From positions 1-32,660 of the forward strand of contig CAWEDJ010000063.1 of the NCBI GenBank assembly GCA_963807635.1: a stretch of DNA of 32,660 nt, in the 5' to 3' direction. The notes below the pieces were generated by a model that was given only the letters and a program-made list of their open reading frames with translations, was not told the origin of the DNA and did not search any database. The position numbers were made by a program, and so were the translations under genes. This DNA comes from an uncultured cyanobacterium. GTDB taxonomy: Bacteria > Cyanobacteriota > Cyanobacteriia > Cyanobacteriales > Microcystaceae. Positions within the stretch are counted from its first letter, which is position 1; every line of letters starts with the position of its first letter. Shown here piece after piece: positions 9,264 through 19,876 of this stretch.

Positions 9264-11897
9264 ATGAACCCAACACCCCAATCCCTAAGCGGTAACGAAA
9301 TCCGCCAAACATTCCTCAACTTCTTTCGCGATCGCCACCATCAGATTTTACCCAGTGCGTCTCTCGTTCCCGAAGATCCAACGGTCTTATTGACGATCGC
9401 GGGAATGTTGCCCTTCAAACCCATTTTTCTGGGGCAAAAAACGTCAGAATTTCCCCGTGCAACCACTTCTCAAAAATGTATCCGCACCAATGACATCGAG
9501 AATGTGGGACGTACCGCTAGACATCACACCTTCTTTGAGATGCTGGGCAACTTTAGTTTTGGGGATTATTTTAAAGAACAGGCGATCGCCTGGGCTTGGG
9601 AATTTTCGACCCAGGTTTTCGGTTTACCCGCAGAAAGATTAGTCGTTAGTGTGTTTGAAGAAGATGACGAAGCCTTTGCCATTTGGCGCGATCAGATTGG
9701 CATTCCCCCCCACCGCATTCAACGCATGGGAGCCGATGATAACTTTTGGGTATCAGGGCCAACGGGGCCTTGCGGGCCTTGTTCGGAAATTTACTATGAT
9801 TTCCATCCCGAATTAGGAGATAAAAGTATTGATCTGGAAGATGATAGCCGTTTTATTGAATTTTATAATCTGGTTTTCATGCAATACAATCGGGATTCGG
9901 AAGGTAAATTAACCCCTTTACAAAATAAAAATATTGATACGGGAATGGGTCTAGAAAGAATGGCCCAAATCCTGCAAAAAGTTCCGAATAATTATGAAAC
10001 AGATTTGATTTTTCCGATTATTGAATCCGCCGCAAAAATTGCTAGTATTGATTATCATAAATCTGATGAAAAAACAAAAATTTCCCTCAAGGTAATCGGC
10101 GATCATGTTCGTTCTGTGGTTCACATGATTACGGATGGGATTAGTGCCAGTAATATTGGGCGGGGTTATATTTTACGGCGTTTAATTCGTCGAGTGGTTC
10201 GGCATGGAAGATTAATCGGAATTGAAGGAGAATTTACCACCCAAGTGGCAGAAACAGCGATTCAATTATCCGAATTAGTTTATCCTCAAGTGAGAGAAAG
10301 GGATGATTTTATTAAGCAGGAATTACAACGGGAAGAAGTGGCATTTCTAAAAACCCTAGAAAGGGGCGAAAAACTATTAGCGGAAATTATCGAAAAAGAG
10401 AAAAAGCAAATTTCGGGAGTTGATGCGTTTACCCTTTATGATACCTACGGTTTCCCCTTTGAATTAACCCAAGAAATTGCTGAAGAGCAGGGTTTAACGG
10501 TGGATGAAATTGGTTTCCAAGAAGAGATGAAAAAGCAGCAGGAACGCTCTAAAGCTGCCCATGAAACCATTGATTTAACAGTACAAGGTAGCCTTGATAA
10601 ACTCGCAGAACATATCCATCCGACTGAATTTATGGGTTATACCGAACCCCAATTAAGCGCAATTGTTGAAGCAGTTTTAATTGAAGGAAATTTAGCTCCA
10701 AGTGCCGAAGCAGGAAATATCGTGCAAATTGTTCTCAATCAAACGCCTTTCTATGCGGAATCAGGCGGACAAATTGGCGATCGCGGTTATTTAACAGGCG
10801 ATAATTTGGTGATTCGCATTGAGGATGTGAAAAAAGAATCGGGAATCTTTATTCATTTTGGTCAGGTTGAACGGGGAACCATTCAAACGGGTCAAACGGT
10901 AACAGCTATCATTGATCGAGCTTGTCGTCGTCGCGCTCAGGCGAACCACACAGCAACCCATTTATTGCAAGCGGCATTGAAAAAAATTGTCGATGATTCT
11001 ATTTCCCAAGCGGGTTCGTTAGTTGATTTTAATCGGTTACGCTTTGACTTTAATTGTTCCCGCGCCATTACTCCCAACGAACTCCAACAAATTGAAGATC
11101 AAATTAATCATTGGATTGCCGAAGCCCATGATACTCAAATTGAAGTTTTAGCTATTTCTGAAGCCAAGGCAAAAGGCGCGATCGCTATGTTTGGAGAAAA
11201 ATATGGTGCTGAGGTGCGGGTGATTGATGTGCCAGGGGTTTCGATGGAACTTTGTGGGGGAACCCATGTGAATAATACCGCCGAAATTGGGCTATTTAAA
11301 ATTGTTTCGGAAACGGGAACCTCTGCGGGAGTGCGTCGCATTGAAGCCGTTGCTGGCCCGTCGGTTTTAGAGTATCTCAATCTACGGGAAAAAGTCGTCA
11401 AAGATCTCAGCGATCGCTTTAAAGTCAAACCCGAAGAAATTCCCGAACGAGTTAACAGTTTGCAAAATGATTTAAAAAATATTCAAAAAGAGCTAGATTT
11501 AGCGAAACAAGAATTAGCCATTGTTAAATCCGAGCAGTTAATCAATCAGGCTGAATCCGTCGGAGAGTTTAAAATTTTAGTCGCCAATTTAGGTGAAGTG
11601 GATGCCGAATCCCTTAAAACTGCCGCCGAACGACTCCAACAAAAACTAGGAGAAGGAGCGGTTATTCTTGGCTCAATTCCTGAAGCGGATAAAGTTAGTC
11701 TCGTTGCGGCCTTTAGTCCCCAGGTGATTACAAATAAAGAATTACAAGCGGGTAAATTTATCGGGAATATTGCCAAAATTTGCGGTGGGGGCGGTGGGGG
11801 TCGTCCTAATTTAGCCCAGGCAGGGGGACGCGATCCTAGTAAATTAGCTGAGGCATTAGAAAAGGCTCGCAATCAGTTATTGCAAACCTTAGAATAA
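9264..11897 (+). CDS. alaS: Alanine--tRNA ligase
   Basis: [52 protein letters not shown]. Confidence 0.99.
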   Translation: MNPTPQSLSGNEIRQTFLNFFRDRHHQILPSASLVPEDPTVLLTIAGMLPFKPIFLGQKTSEFPRATTSQKCIRTNDIENVGRTARHHTFFEMLGNFSFGDYFKEQAIAWAWEFSTQVFGLPAERLVVSVFEEDDEAFAIWRDQIGIPPHRIQRMGADDNFWVSGPTGPCGPCSEIYYDFHPELGDKSIDLEDDSRFIEFYNLVFMQYNRDSEGKLTPLQNKNIDTGMGLERMAQILQKVPNNYETDLIFPIIESAAKIASIDYHKSDEKTKISLKVIGDHVRSVVHMITDGISASNIGRGYILRRLIRRVVRHGRLIGIEGEFTTQVAETAIQLSELVYPQVRERDDFIKQELQREEVAFLKTLERGEKLLAEIIEKEKKQISGVDAFTLYDTYGFPFELTQEIAEEQGLTVDEIGFQEEMKKQQERSKAAHETIDLTVQGSLDKLAEHIHPTEFMGYTEPQLSAIVEAVLIEGNLAPSAEAGNIVQIVLNQTPFYAESGGQIGDRGYLTGDNLVIRIEDVKKESGIFIHFGQVERGTIQTGQTVTAIIDRACRRRAQANHTATHLLQAALKKIVDDSISQAGSLVDFNRLRFDFNCSRAITPNELQQIEDQINHWIAEAHDTQIEVLAISEAKAKGAIAMFGEKYGAEVRVIDVPGVSMELCGGTHVNNTAEIGLFKIVSETGTSAGVRRIEAVAGPSVLEYLNLREKVVKDLSDRFKVKPEEIPERVNSLQNDLKNIQKELDLAKQELAIVKSEQLINQAESVGEFKILVANLGEVDAESLKTAAERLQQKLGEGAVILGSIPEADKVSLVAAFSPQVITNKELQAGKFIGNIAKICGGGGGGRPNLAQAGGRDPSKLAEALEKARNQLLQTLE

Positions 11898-11905
11898 TGA
11901 ATTTG

Positions 11906-11929
11906 AGTGGGCTAAGTCCCACTTTTTTT
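11906..11929 (+). terminator. Intrinsic terminator after alaS
   Basis: AGTGGG-ctaagt-CCCACT followed by a T run. Confidence 0.6.
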
Positions 11930-11970
11930 ACAATAAATTTTGAGAGAGTTTCGTGATGATTAGTAATGCA

Positions 11971-12330
11971 TTAGAAAGGAATCCAGTCTATGACATTTAT
12001 CCATTCTTCGGCTTCGCTTGTTTCCCAAATTAGGCTTAATTCCTCGGCTAATGTTCCCATCGTGGTCGCAGGACGTACCCACAAAAGTCCCCACATTTTT
12101 TGATTGGTTCGCCAATAGTCTTTTAAATGTTCGGGCATACTGGTACGATTGTCAGTCACCAATAACCGTTGAGATAATCCTAAATAGCTTAAAACATCAG
12201 GATCAAGGGTTCCTAATTTCGGGGTATTATCATCACCAACACGAAGAATATCTATATCTGAATTGAGCCTCAAAACAGCAATTTTTAAGCGAGGTGATAG
12301 ATTTTCATCGAGAAGAAATCTGATTTTCAT
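11971..12330 (-). CDS. DUF5615 family PIN-like toxin
   Basis: RFLLDENLS, GTLDPDVL, LLVTDNR; 4-bp overlap with the DUF433 gene. Confidence 0.85.
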   Translation of the reverse strand: MKIRFLLDENLSPRLKIAVLRLNSDIDILRVGDDNTPKLGTLDPDVLSYLGLSQRLLVTDNRTSMPEHLKDYWRTNQKMWGLLWVRPATTMGTLAEELSLIWETSEAEEWINVIDWIPF

Positions 12331-12653
12331 GCTACTAAAGAATCTTGTCTCTGTTGTTTAATCGCTCTAATTTTTTCCCGTTGAGGAGAGGAATGTTTCA
12401 GAGATTCTTGATAGCGAATTTCTTGCCAATTTTTAATTCGGTTTAAATAGGCATCTACATTTTTTTTATTATGAAAATAATAGGTAATGGTGGCGTAAAT
12501 CTTTTCTAGACTTAAATCAGGATAGATAGATTTAATTTCTTCTGGACTATAACCTTCAAGAAAGTAAAATAGGATGTTATCAATCCCAATACGGTGTCCT
12601 TTAATGCGGATATCATCTGTGGATAGAAAGATGAAATAGTCTTCTAGTTGCAT
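12327..12653 (-). CDS. DUF433 family antitoxin-like protein
   Basis: IRIKGHRIGID, GYSPEEI, YPDLSLEKIYATITYY. Confidence 0.88.
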   Translation of the reverse strand: MQLEDYFIFLSTDDIRIKGHRIGIDNILFYFLEGYSPEEIKSIYPDLSLEKIYATITYYFHNKKNVDAYLNRIKNWQEIRYQESLKHSSPQREKIRAIKQQRQDSLVA

Positions 12654-12873
12654 AGTTTTCTCGTGAATAAAAATAGGTAAGTTGTTCGTAATCCAATCTT
12701 TATATAGGCAAGACTCTTAATCCTTTTGAAAGTATTAGGAATTTGGGATAATTCAATTAAGAATTGTCACACCTTATCACTATAGAAAAAGAAGACACAA
12801 GCGGAAATTTCATGATGTGTGTGAAAAAGTCTTTGATAGTTAAATTTATTCTCAATATTTAGTAGAAATATTT

Positions 12874-13956
12874 CTACAAATCAGGGAAAACGGACTGGAT
12901 GCTGGGATGAATTAGGGTATTATTCTGGATATTTAATCCCTTTTCTAAAGATTCATCGGTTTTAAGGGCATCTAATCCTTTGTTCGCCAATTTGAGTACG
13001 TAGGGTAAGGTACTGTTATTTAATGCCTGGGTTGCTGTCCAGGGAACTGCGCCTGGCATATTGGGAATCCCCACATGGACGACACCTTCTTCTACATAAC
13101 TGGGATCGCTATGGGAAGTGGTTCGGAGGGTTTCAATACAACCGCCTTGATCGACTGCTACATCAATAATGACCGAACCAGGGCGCATTTGACTGACTAA
13201 TTGTCGAGAAACTAGAATTGGGGCGCATTTATTGGGAATGAGGACAGCCCCGATCAATAAATCGGCTTCACGGACAACGGACTCAATTTGGGCGGCATTA
13301 CTATAGAGTAACTCGACCCTGGAGCCAAAGAGAGTTTCTAGATAACTCAACCGATCCACATTGACATCCAAGATTTGTACCTGCGCTCCCATCCCGATCG
13401 CGATTCGAGCGGATTCTGTTCCCACAACGCCACCCCCTAAAATAACGACTTTTGCGGGTTTTACGCCTGGCACACCGCCTAATAGAACGCCTCTTCCTTC
13501 CTGTTGTTTTTCTAAATACCTTGCTCCAAACTGCACAGCAAGCCGACCCGCAATGATGCTCATGGGGCTGAGGAGAGGTAATCTTCCATCAGTTAATTGC
13601 ACCGATTCGTAGGCGATCGCGGTAATCCCAGATTTGAGTAAGGCTTGGGTTAATTCTCGGTTAGCGGCGAGGTGGAGATAGGTAAAGAGAAGTTTCGGAT
13701 GGCTGAGATAGTCATATTCTGAAGGTAAGGGTTCTTTGACCTTAATCACTAATTCCTGTTGCCAAACTTCCTGGGGATGACTAGCAATTTTTGCCCCCGC
13801 CTGTTCATAGTCGCGATCGCCAAAACTTGATCCCATACCTGCCTGGGTTTCGACTAAAACCCTATGGCCTTGATCGGTCAATGCCCTAACACTACTCGGC
13901 GTTAAACCGACCCTAAACTCTTGATCCTTAATTTCCTTGGGAACACCAATTTTCAT
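12874..13956 (-). CDS. ald: Alanine dehydrogenase
   Basis: MKIGVPKEIK, FTYLHLA, GVLLGGVPGV, GGGVVG, DVAVDQGGC, NMPGAVP. Confidence 0.97.
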   Translation of the reverse strand: MKIGVPKEIKDQEFRVGLTPSSVRALTDQGHRVLVETQAGMGSSFGDRDYEQAGAKIASHPQEVWQQELVIKVKEPLPSEYDYLSHPKLLFTYLHLAANRELTQALLKSGITAIAYESVQLTDGRLPLLSPMSIIAGRLAVQFGARYLEKQQEGRGVLLGGVPGVKPAKVVILGGGVVGTESARIAIGMGAQVQILDVNVDRLSYLETLFGSRVELLYSNAAQIESVVREADLLIGAVLIPNKCAPILVSRQLVSQMRPGSVIIDVAVDQGGCIETLRTTSHSDPSYVEEGVVHVGIPNMPGAVPWTATQALNNSTLPYVLKLANKGLDALKTDESLEKGLNIQNNTLIHPSIQSVFPDL

Positions 13957-14002
13957 AAATTATTTTGCCTCAATTTTTTCTAATTACTTTTCTAATGACA
14001 AT

Positions 14003-14464
14003 TTATTTTTCGGATGTTGCTTGAAGTTTTTCCCTGGGATTTCCAACAGATTTACTTTGTGGTGTGCGCCGCCAAATCCACAGAAAATTTGTAGCCATAC
14101 TCAAACAAACAGAAACTACGGTTGCTAACAACGCCGCAATACGATGATCCACCTGAAGTTTTTCGCCTAATGCAATAATAATAAAACACCAAACAAAAAA
14201 ACTACTGGCATTAGCAATATGATATTCTCCGCAACGTTTCCAAGTTGGGTTAGGATTCCCAAAAACCCAGCAATCATTAATCACATATCTAGTAATCGTA
14301 CAAATTTCGGCAGAGGCGACTGTTGCCCAAGGAAGAGACCAACTCAATGTCCCTTTAAACCAATCCAGTAAAACAATATTGATCGCCATAAAAGCGATTC
14401 CCACAATCCACCAACGTACCATCCTATTGTTAATGATTGGGGTTATTTTTTTGAGTGTTAGCAT
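14003..14464 (-). CDS. GtrA family membrane protein
   Basis: Four TM segments; RWWIVG, RYVINDCWVF, and NFLWIW termini typical of GtrA. Confidence 0.75.
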   Translation of the reverse strand: MLTLKKITPIINNRMVRWWIVGIAFMAINIVLLDWFKGTLSWSLPWATVASAEICTITRYVINDCWVFGNPNPTWKRCGEYHIANASSFFVWCFIIIALGEKLQVDHRIAALLATVVSVCLSMATNFLWIWRRTPQSKSVGNPREKLQATSEK

Positions 14465-14609
14465 TAATCTTTTGAGTTTTAAATGTAGGTTTTTATGAAA
14501 AATTCAATTAAAAGTAAATTTTGCTTAAATTAACTATGGATGTTCAAACCAATCAATCGGAATTGATCGAGACTGTCAACCCCAAGAATACCGCAAACTG
14601 CCAATCGTG

Positions 14610-15695
14610 TTAAACCGTTGTTTCCTGCAAGAGCAAAGAAGGGTAGAGATATTCCATTTCGGGATTAATTTCCACATTAGGCGATTGCCAAATTTGTCCA
14701 TCAAGGGCCATTTGTTCAATTAAACTCGCTAATCGTAGGGCTTTAAGGGCCTGTTCTCCTCCGACAGACGGTTGGTCTCCACCCCGTACACAGTAAACAA
14801 AATGTTCTAATTCGGCATGGAGGGGTTCAATGTTGCTAGTATAAACTTTTTCAATTAATCCATCTTGGCGGTAGAGGACTTGACCGTAATCGGCTGAATA
14901 ATTGGCGGTGGTTTGTCGGTGAATTAAAATTTCGTTATTCAGAAAATCCGCTTCCGTTAAACAATTGTTACAGTGAGCCGTAATTTGTCGAATTTTCCGA
15001 TGGGTGACTTTACTCGCTGTTAAGGTTGCCACAATGCCCGTCGCAAAACCTAATGTCGCGGTCACATAATCTAGATAATTTGAACCTGGCGCACGACTAC
15101 CGCTTGCGGTTAATTTCACCACAGGTGCGCCGACGAGTTCTAGGAGTAAATCAATATCATGGATCATTAAGTCCAGCACTACCGAAACATCGTTAGCCCT
15201 CTGGGAATAGGGACTCATGCGATGGGCTTCTAGGGCTAAAAGTTCTTCCGTTTTTAAAACTTTGCTTAATTCTTGGAAAGCAGGATTAAATCTTTCGATG
15301 TGACCGACTTGTAAAATACAGTTGGAGTCGGCAGCCGCATTGACCAACGATTCTGCCTCGGCAATACTGGCGGCGATCGGTTTCTCGATCAGGGTATTCA
15401 CCCCAGCTTGCAAACAGGCCATCCCGACAGGGTGATGGAGACGGGTCGGAACTGCGACACACACCGCATCAACGTGGGGCAGTAAATCCTGATATCTTTC
15501 AAAAAAACGGATGCGATACTTACTGGCGGTATCTAGCCCTCGTTCCACATTGACATCAGAAATACCAACTAACTCTACATCTTTGAGCAGACTGAGGACG
15601 CGAGTATGATGTTGACCCATACTTCCTACACCGATAACACCAATGCGGATGGGCTCTAAAGAGCTTCTTTGTCCTTTGAGATGACTAGTCGTCAT
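14610..15695 (-). CDS. Gfo/Idh/MocA family oxidoreductase
   Basis: GVIGVGSMG, IEKP, VGHIERFNP, DLMIHDID. Confidence 0.93.
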   Translation of the reverse strand: MTTSHLKGQRSSLEPIRIGVIGVGSMGQHHTRVLSLLKDVELVGISDVNVERGLDTASKYRIRFFERYQDLLPHVDAVCVAVPTRLHHPVGMACLQAGVNTLIEKPIAASIAEAESLVNAAADSNCILQVGHIERFNPAFQELSKVLKTEELLALEAHRMSPYSQRANDVSVVLDLMIHDIDLLLELVGAPVVKLTASGSRAPGSNYLDYVTATLGFATGIVATLTASKVTHRKIRQITAHCNNCLTEADFLNNEILIHRQTTANYSADYGQVLYRQDGLIEKVYTSNIEPLHAELEHFVYCVRGGDQPSVGGEQALKALRLASLIEQMALDGQIWQSPNVEINPEMEYLYPSLLLQETTV

Positions 15696-15878
15696 GATTT
15701 AATTCAATTCCTCTACACACCACCATGATGCTTGACCCTAGAAGTTAAATTTTGTTTCTAGAGAATCATGAGTAAGATAGTAGCACAGTCCGAAAAATTC
15801 CGATTAATTGAATCAATTTTATTTCAAGATGTCTTTTCCTTAGCGTAGAATCTGATATTGGTTGCTCAGCGATCGTCT

Positions 15879-16049
15879 CCTAAATTCCCCAATTCTGAGG
15901 GACTTTCTAGGCGGAATCAGGAATGGTCACCTAAATCCCCCAATTCTGGGGGACTTTCAATTTAATTATTCTTCTCGAAGCCTGGCTTGAGCTTATTGAA
16001 GGTTTGGGGAGTTGGGAGAACCAAAACATCCTCCAAGTCAGCAAAGCCG
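15879..16049. repeat. Cyanobacterial REP/MITE-like element with two 29-bp direct repeats
   Basis: CCTAAATTCCCCAATTCTGAGGGACTTTC (15879) and CCTAAATCCCCCAATTCTGGGGGACTTTC (15930), each with a CCCCCA..TGGGGG-type hairpin. Ends in TCAGCAAAGCC. Confidence 0.6.
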
Positions 16050-16054
16050 AATTT

Positions 16055-16582
16055 TTATGCCTTCGCGGGGATGAATTTTAGGGAAACGCCATTCATGCAA
16101 TACCGTTTTCCCGTAGGAGCAGGGCCATCATTAAAGACGTGGCCGAGATGCCCGCCACACCGACGACAATGAACTTCGGTTCGGGACATAAAGAAACTAC
16201 GGTCAACGGTGGTAGCGATCGCGTTATTGAGGGGATCGTAGAAACTGGGCCGACCCGTTCCACTGTTAAATTTGGTATCCGAGGAAAAGAGGGGTAAATC
16301 ACAACCCGAACAGTTGTAAATACCCTTACCGTACTGCTTATCTAAGGGGCTAGTATGCGCCCGCTCTGTGCCGTGTTTCCGTAACACATTAAATTGTTCG
16401 GGAGTGAGCAGTTTACGCCATTCCTCTTCGGTTTTAGTGATTTCAAAGGTTTCTTTTGTGCTTGCCATAATAGTTTCAGTCGTTTGGATGTTTTTAGGTG
16501 TGTTAGTAGTTGAGAAATAACGGGTTAACCAGATACCGCCGAGGGCGGCTGATCCCGCTTCTAATAGGTAACGTCTTTTCAT
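16055..16582 (-). CDS. msrB: Peptide-methionine (R)-S-oxide reductase with Tat-like signal peptide
   Basis: GTERA, CSGC, CRRC, GHLGHVFNDGP, RYCMNG; N-terminus KRRYLL. The conserved GWPSF reads GRPSF at a GGCC site. Confidence 0.95.
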   Translation of the reverse strand: MKRRYLLEAGSAALGGIWLTRYFSTTNTPKNIQTTETIMASTKETFEITKTEEEWRKLLTPEQFNVLRKHGTERAHTSPLDKQYGKGIYNCSGCDLPLFSSDTKFNSGTGRPSFYDPLNNAIATTVDRSFFMSRTEVHCRRCGGHLGHVFNDGPAPTGKRYCMNGVSLKFIPAKA

Positions 16583-16710
16583 GATGGATCACGCTATTAC
16601 TAATTGACCAGCTATTTAAAAAAATAGTTGGAGAATGAGGTTTATTTATAACTATTACGCAGTTCTCTGGATTTTGGCCGTCTTAAAGCAATCATAATGC
16701 GATCGCGTCC

Positions 16711-17847
16711 TCAGCCAATTCTACCTGCCTTTACTTGTAAAATCTGGGAAGATTTCAACCATTGACTATCAAAAGCATTCAAATGGGTCGTCGTAATCAG
16801 GGTTTGAAAACGATCTTGAATCGCTTCTAATAATTGATTTTGTCGATGGAGATCTAATTCTGCTAACACATCATCTAATAATAATAAGGGAGATTCCCCA
16901 ATAATTTCTTCTATCAAACTTAATTCAGCTAACTTTAATGCCAAAACGAGAGTGCGTTGCTGGCCTTGGGAACCGTAGGATTTGGCAGGGGTTTGATTAA
17001 TGGTAAAGGAAAGATCATCTCGAATAAGCCCCACCACTGTTGTGCCTAATTGTATTTCTGCGATGTGGCGTTGTTCTATTTTATTCAAAAAAGCTTGTTG
17101 AACTTGTTGAGGAGCATCGGATTCTGCAATAACATTGGGTAAATAATGAATTTCTAAAACTTCTGTTTTACCACTAATTTTTTCATGCCAAAGCTGGGCC
17201 AAAGGAGTTAATCTGTGTAGAACCCTAGTACGACGACGGGTAACACGGGAACCGACTTCGGCGAGTTGTTGATCCCAGAGTTTTAATTGTTCTATATTGT
17301 GGGGTTTATCTGCACTCGAAGGATTATTTTCCTGTTGTTTGCGAATATTTTTTAACAAAGCATTACGCTGTTTGAGAATATGTTGATATTGTCCCAAAAT
17401 ATGGGCATAAATCGGTTCTAATTGGGTTAATAAAATATCTAGCCAATGACGACGCACATCTGGCCCTCCTCTCACTAAATCGAGGTCTAAACAGGAAAAC
17501 TCTACCGCATTAATGACTCCTAAAAAATCCATGTTACGGCGTACCGATTCATGATTCAGAGTTAAGGTTCTTCGTCCTGTTCTTCGCAGTACAATTGATA
17601 ATTCTGCACTGCCATAATGACGGTCTAAATTCGCAAAAACCTGTCCTATTTCCTGCTCTTCTAAAATAAGATCGCGATCGCGAGTGGTACGATGACTTTT
17701 GAGGGTAGCTAATAGCTCAACGGATTCTAATAAATTAGATTTTCCCTGGGCATTATCTCCCACTAAAATAGTTTTATGGGCCTCAAATTTAACAAATTGA
17801 TCGGTATAATTACGAAAACTTTTTAGATGTAATTCTTTTAAATACAT
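16711..17847 (-). CDS. recF: DNA replication/repair protein RecF
   Basis: MYLKELHLKSFRNY, GDNAQGKSN, GSQGQQR, LLLDDVLAELD. GPHRDD reads GLIRDD. Confidence 0.96.
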   Translation of the reverse strand: MYLKELHLKSFRNYTDQFVKFEAHKTILVGDNAQGKSNLLESVELLATLKSHRTTRDRDLILEEQEIGQVFANLDRHYGSAELSIVLRRTGRRTLTLNHESVRRNMDFLGVINAVEFSCLDLDLVRGGPDVRRHWLDILLTQLEPIYAHILGQYQHILKQRNALLKNIRKQQENNPSSADKPHNIEQLKLWDQQLAEVGSRVTRRRTRVLHRLTPLAQLWHEKISGKTEVLEIHYLPNVIAESDAPQQVQQAFLNKIEQRHIAEIQLGTTVVGLIRDDLSFTINQTPAKSYGSQGQQRTLVLALKLAELSLIEEIIGESPLLLLDDVLAELDLHRQNQLLEAIQDRFQTLITTTHLNAFDSQWLKSSQILQVKAGRIG

Positions 17848-17882
17848 GGCTCCCAACAAAATTTAACAAAAAACGATGGTAA

Positions 17883-19620
17883 TTAACTCTGAGCCTGCAT
17901 CGAAAATTGTTGAGCATGGAATTTAGCATAACGACCGTTTTTAGCAATTAATTCTTCATGGGTTCCCGCTTCAATAATTTGACCTTTTTCCATCACAAAA
18001 ATGCGGTCAGCGCGTCGAACCGTTGCTAGACGATGGGCAATCACAAAAACGGTTCTTTCTTGGGTAATTCGGTCTAGGGCTTCTTGTACTAAAGCTTCTG
18101 ATTCTGAATCTAAGGCAGAGGTCGCTTCATCTAAAATTAAAATTCCTGGATCTCTTAAAATCGCCCGTGCGATCGCGATGCGTTGCCGTTGCCCTCCTGA
18201 TAAATTAACACCCCGTTCTCCCACATAGGTATGATAACCCTGGGATAATTCAGTGATAAACTGGTGAGCATTGGCAATTTTTGCGGCGGATTCAATGGCG
18301 GGCAAGTCTAAATCGGTTTTTCCAAAGGCAATATTTTGGGCGATCGTTCCCGAAAAAAGAATATTATCCTGGGGAACAATGGCAATTTGTTCTCTAGACT
18401 TTTGAGCGTAACATCTTCGACATTAATACCATCAATTAATATTTTTCCTTCGGTGGTATTGTAGAGCCTCATTAATAAATTTACGAGGGTACTTTTTCCT
18501 GCTCCTGATGTTCCCACTAGGGCAATCATTTCTCCTGATTTGGCAATAAAATTAACTTGTTTGAGGACGGGTTTATTGGGTAAATATTCAAATAAAATAT
18601 TTTGATATTCAACCTGACCTGTGATTTTAGGTAAGGTGATCGCATCAACTTTATCTTCAACTAAGGGTTGGACAGATAAAATTTCAAAAATGCGGTCAAT
18701 GGAAGCTTCTCCCTGTTTAAAAAGATTATAGTCACTGGTAATATGGGTAATGGGATCAATCAACATAGCAACGGCGGTCAGGTAACTAATAAAGCTAATA
18801 CCCGTTAAATTCCCCTCAGAAATTTGCCATCCTGCCAACAGAAAAAGAACAATTACTCCCATTGCTTCAAGGAAACCGACTACCACAAATTGTAAGGCTT
18901 TGACTTTTTCCGCTAAAAATTGCGATCGCCGATGTTGATTGGCTTCTTCCATAAAAAGCTCAACTTGATAATCTTCTGCGGCAAAGGCTTTGACTAAACG
19001 AATCGCACTCAATCCTTCCGTTAACAAAGACGATAAATTAGAAATTCGGTTTTGACTACGGCGACTAAATTTAAGTAATTGTTCCCCAAAAAAGCCGATT
19101 AAAACTCCCATTAAGGGTGCAACAATGGAAACCGCTAAGGTCAAGTACCAATTGACATAAAACATAAAACCAAAGACGACCACAAGTTGCAATACCGAAG
19201 GAACAAAATCATGGAAAAATTTATTCACCACTTCTCCAATGCGGTCAATATCTTCCGTTAATCGATAGGATAAATCTCCTGTTTTAGAGGCTTCAAAATA
19301 GCTTAAACTAAGTTTTTGTAGGTGAGTATAAACTTGTTTTCTCAAATCTAAGGCAACGGTTAAGGCGGCCTGGCCATCAGTGAATCCTGTCCATACTGGG
19401 CCGCACCTCTGACTAAAAAAATGGCGGCGGCGACTCCTGCTAAAACGGCGATCGCCCTAACATCTCCTGCTGAGATATATTTAGCCATTTGTCCCACCAA
19501 CCAGGCAAGAATCGGCCAAAAGACAGTGAAAACCAAGGTACAGAGGAAAGCAGTAAAAATTGTCCGTGAATAGGGTCGAATATAGGGAACCAGTAACCAA
19601 TAGTGGGATTTCTTTTGCAA
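17883..19620 (-). CDS. ABC exporter (TMD+NBD fusion, MsbA-like), split by two frameshifts (~19371, ~18395)
   Basis: TMD, Walker A GTSGAGKST, IAIVPQD in the alternate frame, LSGGQRQR, ILDEATSALD, IAHRL. The pieces rejoin as LMAKAALTVALDLRKQ and KSLREQIAIVPQD. Confidence 0.88.
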
Positions 19621-19708
19621 AATATTTAAGAGAGGATTATTAATATAGACTTCTTAGTATAGGGTTTTTGGGACTTCTTTCCAAGCAAATGTTGTTAAAC
19701 TGATCAGT

Positions 19709-19808
19709 AAGCTGTCACAAATTTGGATTGTATAACAATTTTGCTTAAAGTATTGTAACAAGGAGCTTAAGCCCCTTGCTTGTATAGATTTTAAATAATT
19801 AGCAGCTT
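19709..19808. repeat. Degenerate MITE-like element with central palindrome
   Basis: Ends AAGCTG.../...CAGCTT with weak extended complementarity. Core CAAGGAGCTTAAGCCCCTTG (19759-19778) is a 20-bp palindrome with one mismatch. Confidence 0.55.
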
Positions 19809-19876
19809 CAACAATTATTTAAAAGTAATTAAATAAGTAATAGAAAGTTTAAGTAAATTTCTAAAATCATTGAAAT

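Noticed and set aside
12655..12775. Possible gene remnant upstream of DUF433
   Set aside because: Short coding-like stretch on the minus strand with no start and no family I can recognise.
9264..13956. alaS-ald alanine operon
   Set aside because: The genes are convergent and separated by a TA pair, so the proximity is probably coincidental.
15879..15958. Mini-CRISPR (two 29-bp repeats)
   Set aside because: Only two copies, a 22-bp spacer and no cas genes; the motif fits dispersed cyanobacterial hairpin repeats.
17883..19620. Programmed frameshifting or true pseudogenes in the split genes
   Set aside because: No slippery sequences, the genes are otherwise undecayed, and most breaks are at GGCC. 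Base-calling error is the simpler explanation, although the ~18395 break is unexplained.
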